Assembly: GCA_030390025.1 (NCBI GenBank) | Contig: CM059447.1 | Span: 6,572,001-6,636,000 of the forward strand | Source of the DNA: Squalus acanthias | Lineage: Eukaryota | Reading direction: 5' to 3' | Length of the DNA stretch: 64,000 nucleotides | Shown: piece after piece, positions 49,601-64,000 of the stretch | Numbering within the stretch: the first letter of the stretch is position 1 | How the letters are laid out: each line of letters starts with the position of its first letter | The notes under the pieces: generated by a model | What the model was told of the DNA's origin: nothing | Databases searched by the model: none | The model's input: only the letters and a program-made list of their open reading frames with translations | Position numbers and translations under genes: made by a program

Positions 49601-51535
49601 AATGTACATGAAACAGTCAGGGGAAGTCATACCAGCAATTACTTTATCCCTCTCAAATTTACTACTACTATAAGTGAGTGGATTGTTCCAGCAATCTAAT
49701 AACACATCTTCACCTACTTTAATCCAAACATTCAGATATTACTATTTACTCCAGTGAACTGACTCATTCTTTAATTAAATCACTTACACCCTGGACTGGA
49801 TCTGTGAACATCTATGCTGCAATGCAACTATTGTATTCATTTCAGGATATGGTCGCATTTTTTTCAGCTTTTACAAAAAAAAATTCACACGGTCAAGATA
49901 AATCAATGCATGCAGCAAATAATGATTCCAATCAACTAATCAAACTGCCAACCTGATTCCTCCCCATCCTCCTACACTACACACAGGGTTACCAGTTTAC
50001 TGTTTGTAGATCTATAGATCAGTTAATATTTTAAGGCTCCAGAACCAAGGTCTGAAGTGACAGAGTTTAATTCACAGCCAATACACAATAAGGATATAGT
50101 TTAGTCCTCTATGTTTATCACATAAGTAAGAAGACCTAAAGGGCCTGATTTTCCTCCCCTCCCACTAGCCAGAGAATAATTCAGGTAATACGCTTTTTAT
50201 GTGAAGCCCACTTTAATACTTCCTATTATACAACAAGATTTGCACTTTATCTCACCAGAGCTGAGTGGCCAATATCTCTCAAAACCTATAAACAAGGACA
50301 AATCAAGTATTACATTTACAAAACTACTTCAACCCCCAAATGCTATTACTTTTCATAAGAAGATATTGAGCAAATTTATATTATATATGCACACACACAG
50401 ACACAGAAATATATAGACACAAAATTGTCATAAGTCATTAAACAAAAAATAAAATTCCTTGCACGCCACAACTGTGACTCGGACCTTAGATGGCTGGAAT
50501 TAAGATTTCTCCCCACTCCTATTTTGTACCTCCTCTCTCCCTTGAAAGTTGTGACTCTTGCTGAGATACAATTCAGTGTATGCCAAAAACCCTCTCAGAA
50601 AACCCTCTCCTATCTTGCAAAATTAGGTATCCCTTCATGTGCGAGACCAGGCCGCATTGACAGATTATTCAAACATAAACTGGTTCGCAGCCAAACTCAA
50701 CCCAGCAGCCTTGATCAACATCCAGATAGGCATATGTTCCAACAGCAGTCACTGGACAGTGATGAGCAGCTCAAACCCTGGCTGATTTCCCCCCCCGCCA
50801 TAGTTCAAATGCACAGAAGCCTGATTTTTTTGCCTTCATTATACCATGGCTGAGGTCAGCTAATGTAGTATAGGCCAGGAATCTTCTTGGTCAGTAAGGC
50901 TCACACAGTACATTTAGTCATTCACCATCAGGGGAGCCTGAACACAGGTTTGTGATAATTGTGGAGAAAAATAGTTACAACCAGGTTAAGTGTGGGAACT
51001 TTTTCGTATTAGATTCATGGGGGATCTAAAATTAGCAGCACACCTTGTATAAATGGAAAACATTACACAAGTGACTGAGCTCATAACCCATAACTCAACA
51101 TTCTTCCATTTTCACTTTACACATGTAAAAGATGGCTTTAAGACAATTAACAGTGTTAGCTTTAAGAAAGCTCAGTGTTACAAAAGGGCATAGCAGCGCA
51201 ACAATGCTGTCAGATAATATGTGACATAAGGCTTGGTTCTTCAGGTAATGGATCATCCATCTTGTGTTGCCACCTATGACAGTCTTGAACAGAAGCACAA
51301 AGCAGGTGCCATCTGCTGGGTATTATCTCATGGCTTCATAGAACACACATAGAATAAGAGGGATTAAGATAGCTTGATAAACCTCAACAGCAAAGCTCCA
51401 ATAGTTTATCCAATTAATGTTCAGATTTTTTTTTACCGCTGAAGAACACACTCCAAACTGTTGCCTTTTTCATTGTTCCGTTTATTATTTTTGCTATTAT
51501 GGCAGATAGTGAGCTCCTTTTTATTTACCATATTG

Positions 51536-51591
51536 CAGGCTAGAAGCAGTATTGTGCTGGGATTTCCCAGCACAATACTGCTTCTAGCCTG
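51536..51591. repeat. Perfect inverted repeat, 27-bp arms, 2-nt spacer
   Basis: caggctagaagcagtattgtgctggga-tt-tcccagcacaatactgcttctagcctg. Confidence 0.97.
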
Positions 51592-51636
51592 AAATACAGT
51601 AAAAGCGGTATACCACTGCTTCTATACATTAAATCC

Positions 51637-51873
51637 AACAACAACTTGTATTTATATAGCGCATTTAACGTAGTAAAACATCCCAAGGCGCTTCAAACAA
51701 AATTTGACACCGAGCCTCATAAGGAGATATTAGGGCAGATGAGGAGGTAGGTTTTAAAGGAGGAGAGAGGCGGAGAGGTTTAGGGTGGTAATTCCAGAGC
51801 TTAGGGCCTTGGCAGCTGAAGGCACGGCCACCAATGGTTGAGCGATTAAAATCAGGGATGCTCAAGAGGCCAC
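51637..51873 (-). mobile_element. L2 LINE 3' tail fragment
   Basis: Reverse complement matches 28570-28858. Confidence 0.85.
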
Positions 51874-52224
51874 AGTATAAAAATGCTGTTATTGGACATT
51901 GTACAAGAATTTGATGGTGCACTGGTACTTCATGTTTGAACACAAAACTTAACTCCACTGAGTGAGGGAAACAAAGTTTCTATCTCCTAATCGGCTCGGG
52001 GTCTAATCTGAGCTGTACTGAACTGGGAGGTACCATATGGAGTCAAGGGAGTGAGTCTCTGCGTAGAGGGGGGGGAAAAAAATCAGATAGGCTGTCCTTG
52101 CTAGATTATTGCACTAGCATTGGTCTAGGAACAGTATAACCACCTGCCTTTCCTATCACCAAGCTGCACAGTCTAGCAGAATCTATTATATATCAGGAGG
52201 TTTTTCTTTGCTATGCAGAGAGTT

Positions 52225-52590
52225 ATCTACACTTGGAATAAGTTAATGGCACATGTGGCAACAGTTCAAAAAAGGAGATGGCCAAGTACCCTGCTGTGAC
52301 CAATATCACTGGGTTTAAAAGGTAGGTGGGATGTTAGTTATGTACCTCAAGGCCACTGTGATTCCTGAACTCATTTTGATTGCCTAGGGGGCATCAAAGA
52401 GGAACGTCCCAGATTGTTTTCCCCTGAATTGGCCTAGGTTTTTTTTTAAATCTGTCTTTTTGCCTTTTCCCAGGAGATTATATGGCTTCTGGTAGAAAGG
52501 AACACTGGGGTCATGATAGTTACATTGTGATTGTTTGGGACAGGCTCAATGGACCAACTTTTTCTGTCCGTCTTTTCACATGTTTGTAAA
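52225..52590 (+). mobile_element. Decayed CR1-type 3' region; related minus-strand fragment at ~12540-12720
   Basis: LINE-like 3' end (gggacaggctcaatggacc...) and shared ttttcccctgaattgg motif. Confidence 0.45.
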
Positions 52591-55500
52591 TCAATACAAA
52601 AATATATTTTGAGTGTTTCATGGGCATCTAATAAATTTAGCAGCAGGTACAGCCCTGTTTATTAAATAAAAATATCATAAATAATTAAAATGAATGAAAA
52701 AAACTTCCTAGTTTTCTGAAACTTCCAGAGTTAATAAAAGTATTTGGCTACTTGCAGCGCATCCATCAAAGAAAAAAAAAAGCACTTTGTCCAATTTTCT
52801 TTCAGTTATTAAAACACTCAAATGTCTTGCAGCTATGAATCTGTTACTTCAAACACTCGCTGCTGTAATCTGTATTCAGTTATACAGTCAACCAATAACC
52901 ACGATGCTGGAAACATAAACCCAACTCCACAAATAGATCAACTATTTGTTCAGTCAGTTATCAGGGCAGAAAAATACAAAACAGTGCACACAAATGTATT
53001 TTGTTAAAGCAAAAGGACAAATGATTTCCAAAATGTAACTTGAAGCTCTCTGCTTCACTTAGTGAAATTGTGATTCTCATCAATTTGTTACTGTATTAAA
53101 CTATACATACCGTACTGTTCAATCTTTTCTGACCACGAATTCAGCGACTCAAAGTTAGTGGGGTTTACATGGTCCGCTAACAATTTGAGCTAAAATATAG
53201 TAGGGCCTGTAACCTTCATTTGTAAAGCAGAAGTGGATCCTTCTGTATACATTAGGTCAAATATTCCCCACCCCCACCGAGTTCTATTGGATCACTGGCA
53301 AAACTTTGGATACGAATCCCTTTGTTACGAAACAAGATTAACAGAATGCACAAGTCTCAAAGGGATGTAAATAACTGCACAGCAATTCCCACTACTGAAT
53401 AACACACTCGCGGCAAGCAAATAACTTATTAGCGCAGCAACCAAATTTGTTTACTGGGGACTTTGTCACAGCAGTGCTGCAGGTCAGCTATGCGCTGCTT
53501 TGAATGGATAGCTTTAAATCATGGCGTGTCCTGCAAAGTCCACTTCCACCAACACATTTTCTTTACTAAACTCGATCAGCTACTTAAGTGACAAAAGGAA
53601 CATGCAGATTTTTAAAACTTCAATAATATGAATAATAATCAAATACAGCAATCAAAAACATGTTATGGACTTGCATCCAGTGGTTAGAACACGTCATGTA
53701 CCTAACTAAGCTCACGAGTTACTTTATACAAATAAAGGAACAAAAACACCTGGAACTCATCTATGAGGTTTCCTCCATGGGCCGTATGGCTTCTGGGAGA
53801 ACTATAAAAGATTTTTATGCTGCATTTATAACACAGTTCTGGCACTTGCACCAGCCCCAACATCAGTAACAACTCTAATGTGAATGAGGCAGTGCTACTG
53901 TCTCTGGAAGGACAGAGTACCACCTCAAGAGGGGCTTTACTACTCTCCCCTACCCCCAACATTGCCAGAGGCACACTGCCACAAACATGCAAACGTATAT
54001 GACAGCTGCTAAAAGATACTTTTCTTGCATTGCTAGCACACATGAACCAATCTCCAACTTCAGGGAAGTTCCACAGCCATGAAATTAAATCAACTTTTAA
54101 CAATTACAACTTGTGTTTACATAGGTGGAAAATGCCCCAAGGTGATTCACAAAGGTGTAACAGAAATCAGGCGCCTAGTCAAAGTAGAAAAGGAGTGGTG
54201 ACCAAAAGCTTAGTCAAAGAGTTAATGGCAATATTTTCCCTTTATTTCATAAGTAGTAAATTTATAAATACCTTTCTCACTTAAGAGCAGTAAAGACAAT
54301 GTACTGGATGAATTCCAAAGAGTGCATCAGTTAATTATGGAAGGATCATTGCCACACATAATGCTACTCTGGAAAGTTGATACTTCAATTACAACTGCAA
54401 AGCATACCACTTTCTACCCCACTGACTCCAAACACAAATCTTGCCCATTTTCAATAATTAATGTAACTTAGATGTCATGATAAATCTACTGATTACTTGA
54501 CGATAGACACTGCAGTACAACACAGGGATTTTGGAATATGCTATATACTAACATATACTATATTAAAGGATGTGTTCTGCAACATTAATACACCAGGAAG
54601 CTTTAAATAGTGCCTTGATATTGGGATCTTCAAATATTAGTGTGTATTACTTAGCACGGTCATATTCTAATATTGAAAGAGTCCAATTTCAAGGCACAGG
54701 TTTCTTTAAAACATAATGAGGCAGTTATCAGCTGTCTGACTAATTACAGAAGATGACAATTGCTTTACTATCAGTCTATTATCTACAATACAGATTTAAA
54801 CTTGAAATGATGTATACACTGTAAAACTTTATCTAAAGAAAACTATCTTTACACCATCCACAAATCATCCAGTAACGTGACACAGTTTTAAATGAGAATA
54901 AGATTTACACTGTACGTAGTGTAGTTTGATCAAAGTCTCCAAAGCCATTTATTTTTAAAGATCCGACAGCATATGTTCTTAAACAAAAAAAAGTTAAAGA
55001 AACAGAATTTTTTCGAAATTGATGGAAAATTAAGCATGCAGTCACTAATTAGTGAATCTTGTCATGTTAGCCTGCTCGCTTCAGAGTTTCTTTTATGTTA
55101 AATGCAGTGTGACTAGCTCCACAGCTACTGATTTCACTCATCTGTCATTAACAGGCCTAGGAAAACACAGCTGGAATACAAGGAAATTGTCTGTTTCTGA
55201 TTAGCTGTTCTGTCCAAATGAAAGGGCTTTGGACTGTGATGTACTTGCTTATCTGCACATCTTATTATCAATGCTTGATGCAGTCATCACTTTTCACTCC
55301 AAACACTTCAGTGCATTTGCAGCACATTAGATTTTTCACATAGCTAGCAAATCAGTGTTTCAGTCAGTCGTTAACTTTCCTACAAGCAAGACCAAGTATA
55401 TAAAACAGAAAAGCAGGCCTCTTGCAGCAAATGAACCAACCTGAAATATGCTAGAAAAACGTGTTTTGCCAGAAGAGCCATAGGGATTGAATGTCATTTA

Positions 55501-58500
55501 TGGTTTTGACTGGCAAATACTAAGGTTCTCTGAATGATCTTGTCAGGGTTGAACTAGAATTACTAGATACAGTCATTATCCTGCCGTTCGGAAGGTCTAT
55601 TTTTGGAATTTTAAGGGAGAGAAAAATGTCAGCCGTTTCACAAACTATTCAGTCTACACAGGACAGCTGCTGCTGGCATCTCAAAACTGTTCTAAAGACA
55701 AACTGCTCAGGCAGTCATTACTCTCGCCCAATGCAATCAAAAAACAATTTCCCCCACTGAAGCTAAGCTAAAATCAGGAACAAAATGCTACTTTCAGACA
55801 GTAGCAATATATTTTTTTTACCACTGATTGCTTCAACCAATTTAAAAGCTGGCTCGGACAAATAGGGAACTTCACAGGTGTTTAGAACCACTTAGTGTAG
55901 TTAGAACTTTTAACCTGTCCCAATATGTATCACACACATACACAAAAATACCTTCCCACTCCCTTCTGATATTTCAGGTACAGTAACGCTTTCAAACACT
56001 GTAGCAACTGTTTAAAGCCCCAAGCAAATTCGTATCCAACTCAACACAAACATCATACAATTACTGTTAAATCTTCCCACTGACCCTTTAAAAGCATGGC
56101 TAATGGACACTTGGATGTATTATTTAATGGAAGGAGACTCAAGAGTGCATCCAGGTATCCATTAACTTGTTGAAAGCTTCAGATTCAATTTGGAATCAAA
56201 CCACTATGTTCTGGTAAGTTTAAAATCAACTTCAAAATGGATGCAACTCAGACTACTCTTGATAAAGTTCCTAACTAGGCTAATGCAATGTAACTGCTGT
56301 AGACCAAGACTTTAGTCTGAGCACAAACTTACGAAGTGTAAGCTTTGCATTAAAAAGTCCCACCATCACTTTGTACTAAGTGGCTGAAATGGCAATTCTA
56401 CAGAGAAATAGATAATGATATTATTTTAGATATACAAGATAGATATGGGGAGAAATTTAAAATGTCAGTCACTTTGGGGGAAATGTTTCAACTTCTGTTA
56501 GTCATCCTAGTGCTCCGATGTCAATAATCAAGTCTTCATTGTCAGTGCAAATATGAAGTGCTATTATTGGGTATACTATTCAGGACAACCTATAAAATAA
56601 ATTAAATACAAAAGGAAACTTTGGTTTTGAAAAGAAATTCAAATAAAGCATCAGATACAAAGGGATAAGGAGGGTACAAATGTTACAGTTGGCTGTTTTA
56701 CTTGGGAGAATGCCAAGTGAAATGAAAATAACGTCCAAAATACCAAACAGATAAGCTTCTGTGGTGAGAAGCCCATAAGGTAAAGTAACAATAATTTTCC
56801 TTTTGATTACAATATGCTTACCAAGCCAGTAATTCAAAGTTTTAGTTTTCTTCAGTTGACATTTCAAGAGAAAATGTAATAATGTAGGTGATCGTGGTTT
56901 AAATGATTCTGAAACTGACTTTTCCCACTTACATAGCTACATAATCAATGGTCATTTATCAGACTCTACAAACCCTTCCATTACCTAATTGTGTGAAGGT
57001 TTGCATGGTGTGGGCCTAGAGTATGTGAAATGCAAAACGTGCACGCCCACCAATCAGGAATAGGCTGCTACAGACAGAACAAAGAGCAAGAAAAGAAAAG
57101 GCTTGGCACACATCAGCAGCTATGTACGGGGAGAACTCACCTGGAAATTACAAAAAAAACAACCCTCATGCCCACAGAACATTAAAAAAAATACTTGTAC
57201 AAAACTTTAAGAGCAAATAAATCCATCTAACCAAAAAACTGTTGTGGCCAGTTTCTGTTTCATATCCAGCTTAGTAAAGATGTTTGTATCATTCAAGTCA
57301 ATCAGCTTTATTAAACTGTGCTATCACCATTATGTGTTTTTTAGCTCAGAGGTGATCTCTCTATTTGCAACAATCTTGCTAAACTATGGGCAAACAGAAA
57401 GGGTTAATGCTAAGAACCATGTGTACTTCATGGTAGTAATACAGGACCAAAGAATCTTTCACAGTTAGCATCCAGTCCCAATGAATGTCCAACGCTAGGT
57501 ATACCCAGGCTTGTCAACGTCAAATGGAAAGTAATGTTGTTGACAAGATAAATGACCTTCAAGGGAGACATAACTCTTATTGATCCTGTCTTCATGCTGT
57601 CATTCAAAATTAAGGAATGCTTTTTTTATGCAACTATCTTTCATCAAGTAATTAAAATGTGCTCATAAGTGTGCCTGCCTAAAGTATCAATATCAAAAAA
57701 GAGAATCCTTGCAATAAAAAGCATCACTCAGATTGGTCAAGATAGCATGAAAGGTGAGAGAAGGAAGCTTACTTTGAGAATCAAATGCATTAAAGATGAT
57801 ATTTTGATGCAGATGATTAGACCGTTTCAGATGCACAGAAGGCTTTTGATAGAGGGTGAGGTTACAGGAGTTCAAAGAGATTTTGATAAATCTGTAGATG
57901 AGTCCAAAAAGTTGAAGGAATGAATAGCTTCTGAAGCAGGACTTCCAAGCTGAGAAAGTGTTTAGAGTGAGACTTTTAAGTTTAAGAACTCCAGCTAGAG
58001 ATAGGCAAATGGTTCAGTGTATCACTTGTATATGTTAAATTTCCAAGAACAGAAGCAAAGTTATTTCTACTGAAAGTGAAATTTTTAAAAAAAATAGAAA
58101 AGGGAAAATGCTACGACAGCAGATTCACTGCGCTGACAACCCAGGGAATAGCACAAAAAATCCCAGAGGGAGGGGAGACCATCAACTCCACTTTGCCGAT
58201 TCGGAAGGATAAGGTTGTATAAGATCTGAGAATCAAAGCTAAAAACTTCAAACTTATTAGCAATAAGCTGAACTAACATTACCTTGTTAACTCGTCAGTC
58301 TAACTTAACTAATCTTATTAATTTTATGCCAATCTTGGATAATGAGCAGAATATCAAATTGTAATAAGGTAGAGCCCAACTGTCGTAGAGTTAGAGATAT
58401 ACTTGCCTTTGTAACCTTGTATTAATTCAGTTACTAACATCTACTCAAGTACCTTGGGTACTTTTAATGCTTATTAAAATGCTAAATATACTATCATAAA

Positions 58501-58843
58501 AGTGTGTTAATAAAGAAATGGTAGTTCATGATTTTGTTGTCTGACTTCCTCTTTGATGACTTTGGCAAGCAGAAGTTAACTCATTCATTCAGTAGTGCAC
58601 TGGTTCTCTGAAGGGTGGTTGGTTATATTAGTTATAATTTGTACCGATTAATGCAAGAGAGTTCAACTGAGCCACATCTAGCAATCCCTAGGCATGATGG
58701 TAAATTGCCAAATGGTTCTATTGATGGGCAATTACGGTGAAGCAGTTAAAGATTTGTCTGGACCAGTTTTAGGTATGGGTTTACTCACCACAGTACACTG
58801 CATGTCAAGTTTTGTATCGTCTTCCGTTAGCCACATAAATGAT

Positions 58844-59139
58844 AGTCCAAAAATGTGCGGGTTAGGTTGATTTGGCTATGATAAATTGACCCTTAGTGTT
58901 AGGGGGGGATTAAATATGTGGGGTTACGGGGATAGGATGGGATATGTTAGGGGGAATTAAATACGTGGGGTTACGGGGATAGGGTGGGATATGTGTCGGT
59001 GCAGGCTCGATGGGGATTCTGTGTGAGAAAGCAGGGACAGGGTACTGGATTTGGATGATCAGCCATGATCGTATTGAATGGTGGAGCAGGCTCGACGGGC
59101 CGAATGGCCTACTCCTGCTCCTAGTTTCTATGTTTCTAT
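58844..59139 (+). mobile_element. 5'-truncated V-SINE, near-identical to the 3' half of 46254-46691
   Basis: Only a couple of visible substitutions over ~285 bp. Confidence 0.92.
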
Positions 59140-61339
59140 AACTGCAGCCATCATTTTTGGTACAAAATTAAATGTAGAATAATGCAATGCTTTTGTAAAG
59201 CCATGTTGTAACTACTGAACTACACAAACTGAAGTGTTTATTCTGCTCATTCAGGAAACTTGAAATTATGGCCTTCCCCCCGCGCCCCCCCCCAGTTGTA
59301 ACTATAGAATTTAAAGTTAGAAGATCTTCTTCCCCTGGAATTAATATTGACTATTCTCAATTTATAAAACCATCATCCAGAGGTAAACTAGCTGCACTGT
59401 ATTTCAAGTGCAAATATTCTGTAACGTTTGTTTTTCCAATTTCTTTACGGATGAAAATACATTCACATTTCCTCAGAGCATGTACTTACTTCCTAATTGG
59501 AGTGTACTTCGTGTTAAATACTCGTCCTTGATGCATCTCAGGTTATTTTTTTCCAACACAGTGTTTAAAAAGCTTTAAAAAAAAAGCATCTGAAGTGCTC
59601 CTGTGTAGAGAGCCCTGTTGATACGCCATGTGGTGTGTGAAAAGGAAAGCAGATGTGTTCCAGTGATATCAGCTGAGGGGATCCCCATGGAGCGGGTCTG
59701 CTTCCTAGCATTGATTGCAAAGGGAGTACACCAACCAGAGGTTGATTTCAATTTTTTTTTTTTATTTGCACAATTTTGGTGAACAGAAGGATGGATTGTA
59801 TTCAATGTGAAAACAGGCATCAATTCTAGGACAGTGTACAGGAGAGGTCAGAGGGTTTACAGGAGGCCCAGGGAAAGATGATTTATAAAAGATTGAGAAA
59901 AATACCCGAGACAGAGCTGGGGGGCAGATACAAACCGTTTACATTTCTAAAAGGATTCATTTGTGTTGATCTTTCAAATTGAAATGGATAGACCTCAAAT
60001 TGGTGGGGGGTGGGGGAGGGAGGGAGGGAGGGAAGAAAGAGAAGGGGTTGCAGATATTTTTCCCATTGGTGTGAATGTTTGCTGCCTTTAACAATATTGT
60101 CAACAAAAATCTATTTAGCAGTCTCTTATCTTGATGACTATTAACGCATGGCGGCACCAACGAATGGCATTACTAATCTATCGTGACCAGAACTACCAAT
60201 AATTTTGACATAAACTTTAATATATTCTTTTAAATTGATAGTATCTATATTTAACACTAATGTCTGTAACCTCTGGTCGCAACAGTTACCCTTTGTTCTG
60301 GTGATGGAGAGACTAAAAGCTCAACCCACTGGTACAGAACAGCAATTGGGGGGGGGGGGGGGGGGGGGGAAATGTCCGATAACCAGAAGTGAAAATCATG
60401 ATGCATAACGTCTAGCTAACTGCATGCCTGATGCTGTGAAATTTATCAATGAGCTAATTCCACTGCACCATCAGCCAAAACTGTTACAGATCAGCTTCAT
60501 GTAGGAATGGTTCTGTAATGCAACTTCAATATAAAACGTGACTGGCAAATGACAAGCATTGGGTAGCAGTGTGACTTGACCTGGCAACTACAGCGCCATA
60601 AAGTGCATATCCTTAGCCACCTCAAGTTTAAACTTGTCGTAAATATAACTGATGTTCCAGTTTTTTTTTAAACTATTAGAAACAATGTAAGGCACACCTG
60701 GTAGAAAGGTCATAAATTAGTCAGCCTTAGGCCTATTTGAACTCCTTATGCTGCAGCAAAAAAAAATTAAAGCCTTTTGTTCTTGCTGAGGATAGCTAAA
60801 ACATCACGAGAGTTAGTTTCTCACTATTGTATTTCAAGTTTATTCCAAGGTTTCCTCTCAGGAACCAGCTGCTTTTGGCATATTTGTATTGTACAGACAA
60901 CATAAAAAGCAGGCCTTTACTGACCATAAATCCAATCAAAGTATTTACTATTCACCATCCAATCACGGTTGACAAAGCTGTTGGCAGCAGCTATTACTTT
61001 CACTATAAAACATGTCCTAATCTAGCACAGCTAGGAAAGACATAATGATAAGGCTTTCAACAAAAAGTTACCCAAACTGAAGCTTTATCAACACCTTTTA
61101 ATAAGACCTAGAGAAGCATTTTAATTCCAAACCTTCTTGGCTCCTGTCCTGAATATTTTGAGAGAGTAATTTGTTATTAGCATTACATATAAAAGGTCTC
61201 TAATACATTCCCTTTGGTGGTGAACAATCAATTCAGTTGGATCTTAAGTCAAAAGTACTTCTTTACTACAGCATCATCGGATACTTCCCAAAAACTTCAA
61301 GTCCTGTCCCTCTGGCAATGTTTCCTTCCAAGGGTACTT

Positions 61340-61400
61340 ACTACTGCCACTACCATCACCACTGCTATTGCTACTATCACCACCACCACTACTACTACTG
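61340..61400. repeat. Degenerate (ACT/ACC)n trinucleotide repeat
   Basis: actactgccactaccatcaccact...actactactg. Confidence 0.8.
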
Positions 61401-61705
61401 ACATTTACAAATAGAAGCCAATAAATTTAAGCTTATAATATAGAATAGATATTTTTGTTTTCCTGAGCCAATCTGAACTGCCCATGGACTTCCTTTCCAA
61501 TTTAAACTACTGTGTAGTATTAACTGCTATTTTAAAAATAAGCCTGGACCTCTTTGAACTCAAAATGGAAGTGTTTGTGCAGTGGCTCTAGAAACAGAAA
61601 GGTCTGGGACACATGCTGACTGCATGGATTGTTAGCAACTCTTATGCTGTTTCAGCTTGGGTTGTGATTATACTATTGATATGCAGCCAGCAGAACCAGA
61701 GTTAT

Positions 61706-62462
61706 ACAACAACTTGCATTTATATAGCGCCTTCAAAGTTGGAAAAACGTCCCAGTGTTTCACAGAGGTGTAATCAGACAAAAATGGACACCGAGCCAAA
61801 AGAGATATTAGGAAGGGTGACTGATAGCTTGGTCAAAGAGGTGGGTTTGAAGAAACGTCTTAAAAGGAGAGGGAAGTGGGGAGAGGCAGAGCAGTTTTGG
61901 GAGGGAATTTCAGAGCATAGGGCATAGACACATGAAGGCACAGCTGCCAATGTGGGGGGGATGCACAAAAAGCAAGAATTGGAGCAACGCAGAGTTCTGA
62001 GGGTTGTAAGGCTGGGAGGAGGTTAAGCGATAGGAAGGGGCAAGGCCATGAAGGGATTTAAACACAAAGATGAGAATGTTAAATCTGAGGCGTGGGCAGG
62101 GGAGCCAATGTAGCTCAACAAGCACATGGGTGAGGGTGATTTGGTGTGTGATAGGATACGGGCAGCAGAGTTTTGGATGAGCTGAAGTTTATAGAGAGTG
62201 TGGAGAATGGGAGGCTGGTCAGGACAGCATTGGAATAGTCAAGACTTGAGGTGCCAAAGCCATGGATGAGGATTTCAGCAGCAGAAGGGCTGAGGCAGGA
62301 GCAAAGATGAGCAATATTGCAGAGGTGGAAGTAGACGGTCTAAGTGATGGAGCGTATATGATGTTGGAGGCTCAGATCGGGGTAACGCGAGGGTGCGAAC
62401 AGTCTGGTTCAACCTGAGATAGTGGCCAAGGAGAGGATGGAATCGGTGGCGAGGGTACAGAG
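61706..62462 (-). mobile_element. L2-clade LINE 3' fragment
   Basis: ORF 61910..62125 LHWLPCPRLRFNILIFVFKSLHGLAPSY; homologous to 28255-28858. Confidence 0.9.
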
Positions 62463-63944
62463 CTCAACTCCCAGGCAATACATTTTAAATGTTTTGAAAG
62501 AGCAGGTGGCAGTCTCTCTCAAAATATTTAAATAAGCTTCTCAACTGTCAAGGAGGTCCAATGAACCACTTGAGCACTAAACTTGGCTTGACAGTGCACT
62601 GAAATTATATTCAATATGGGGTCACGCCCAGGCAACGATGGGCATCCTAGGGGTTTCATGCTGTTGCACACAAGCCAGGTCGGGAACCGACTCTGGAGTT
62701 ATACTATCCTTTTTGCAACGCTTTGAAGGGGAAATTGCTTTGCAGCAACACAAAATTGTCCGCATCACTGCACCCTTAATACATGTGCGTGGTAGTTCTT
62801 ATATTGAACCTCTAACCTGAGTAGCAGTATGACCATCTTTATACAAAGTGTAACAAATTCCCTGTGGAAAGGTTATTAAAAAAGTTGCAAAGGAAGTTAA
62901 TATATTTTTCATGTACAAAACAGTATTTTTGGAAATCCAATATACACAAGCTATCCAAAACAAAATTAGTTCTTTTATTCAGTTGGGTTTTTAATTTTCA
63001 TACCTTATGATGGCTATATCATTTTGAAACTGTAGCCTTTTCATCACACTGAATATTGCAAAATTACATTGCGACTTAGTGGCTGAATCAAAAGATGGAT
63101 TATAATCAAATAGACACTGACAGAAAGACTTGTCCTATATCGTAGGACTACAAATGGCATTGCTCTCTCACTACAGAGAACAGAATTGTTAGTGAAGACA
63201 GAGCAGAACCTATAAAATCAGTGTTTCGCATTGTTTAAGGATTTATATAGAGCCTTTAACGTAGTAAAACGTCCCAAGGCGCTTCACAGGAGTATTAAAA
63301 GACAAAAAATGAACAGCTCAATAGGGTATTTTGAAGCGTACTCTCTCAAGTATTAGCGGCCAATGCAATCCCAGATGTTCCTAGGATCCTTGATAAAAAA
63401 AAGTCCCTTTTCATAAGATGTTATTTGGTTTCTTTCCTTCCCTCCCCCCATTTTTCAAAGGCAAATTTGGCCAGTTAATGATAATGATTCCATGTGTTCA
63501 AATAAAAGCTAAAATGCACTAAAATGAAAATATATATTGATAACTGAAGTATCAGCCACACAAATACAAGTAAATAATAGGCAGCTGCCAAAGACATCTG
63601 CCAGTCAAGATGACCATAGAAGTTCCTAAGGGAATGAAATTTCCTACTTTATGTAGGACTGGGTGGCAAAATTGGTTAAAGCATGGCGGTCCTTTCAACT
63701 TAGCAAAAACAAAATGAAAGCCTTTCCTATCTTCTGACTAAGATATTAAAAAGTGAATAAGCCCAAGTAGTAGCAGCATAGTTCCTTGTAGGTACGAGTC
63801 AACAGTACATAACTACCCATACTTTTTGGAACGGGCACTCTCTCTCATAGACCTATACTCCATTTATGTTAGTTTCCAAAGGCAATGTTGTTTGAAGAAC
63901 CTGGATGCAAGAACAGAAAAGCCAAATTAAAAGGAAAAAAAAAA

Positions 63945-64000
63945 GCAAGAATTGTATTTATATAGCGCCTTTCACAACCTCAGGATGTCCCAAAGCGCTT
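63945..64000 (-). mobile_element. Deu-SINE-type 3' tail running off the window end
   Basis: tttatatagcgcctttcacaacctcaggatgtcccaaagcgctt matches the 43410-43457 tail. Confidence 0.7.

Noticed and set aside
35664-64000. BAIAP2 exons 1-3 or a second gene
   Set aside because: No GYFDALVKMGE- or MEQFNP-like coding sequence found by eye; ORFs here are short or repeat-derived

Overview
Vertebrate genomic DNA, almost certainly from a shark/elasmobranch judging by the repeat content (V-domain SINE with CR1 tail, Deu-domain SINE tails, CR1 and L2 LINEs). The whole window lies inside one minus-strand gene of the IRSp53 family (BAIAP2 or a close paralogue). Nine internal coding exons, equivalent to human BAIAP2 exons 4-12, could be read with GT-AG boundaries and consistent phases: C-terminal part of the I-BAR/IMD domain, partial CRIB/proline-rich motif, SH3 domain and PPPDY motif. 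Exons 1-3 were not found (intron 3 is >28 kb) and exon 13 onward was not identified. The introns are rich in mobile DNA. Points of note: an internally deleted PIF/Harbinger element retaining traces of two convergent genes; a triple nested insertion (Harbinger-type MITE in SINE tail in CR1); a hAT element with perfect TIRs and an 8-bp TSD; Penelope-type repeats with minimal hammerhead ribozyme cores; inverted SINEs closely flanking the SH3 exon; a candidate poison/terminal exon and motif cluster in intron 6; and a perfect 27-bp-arm palindrome. I found no convincing wholly new biological system. All homology statements are from memory of the families, not database searches.
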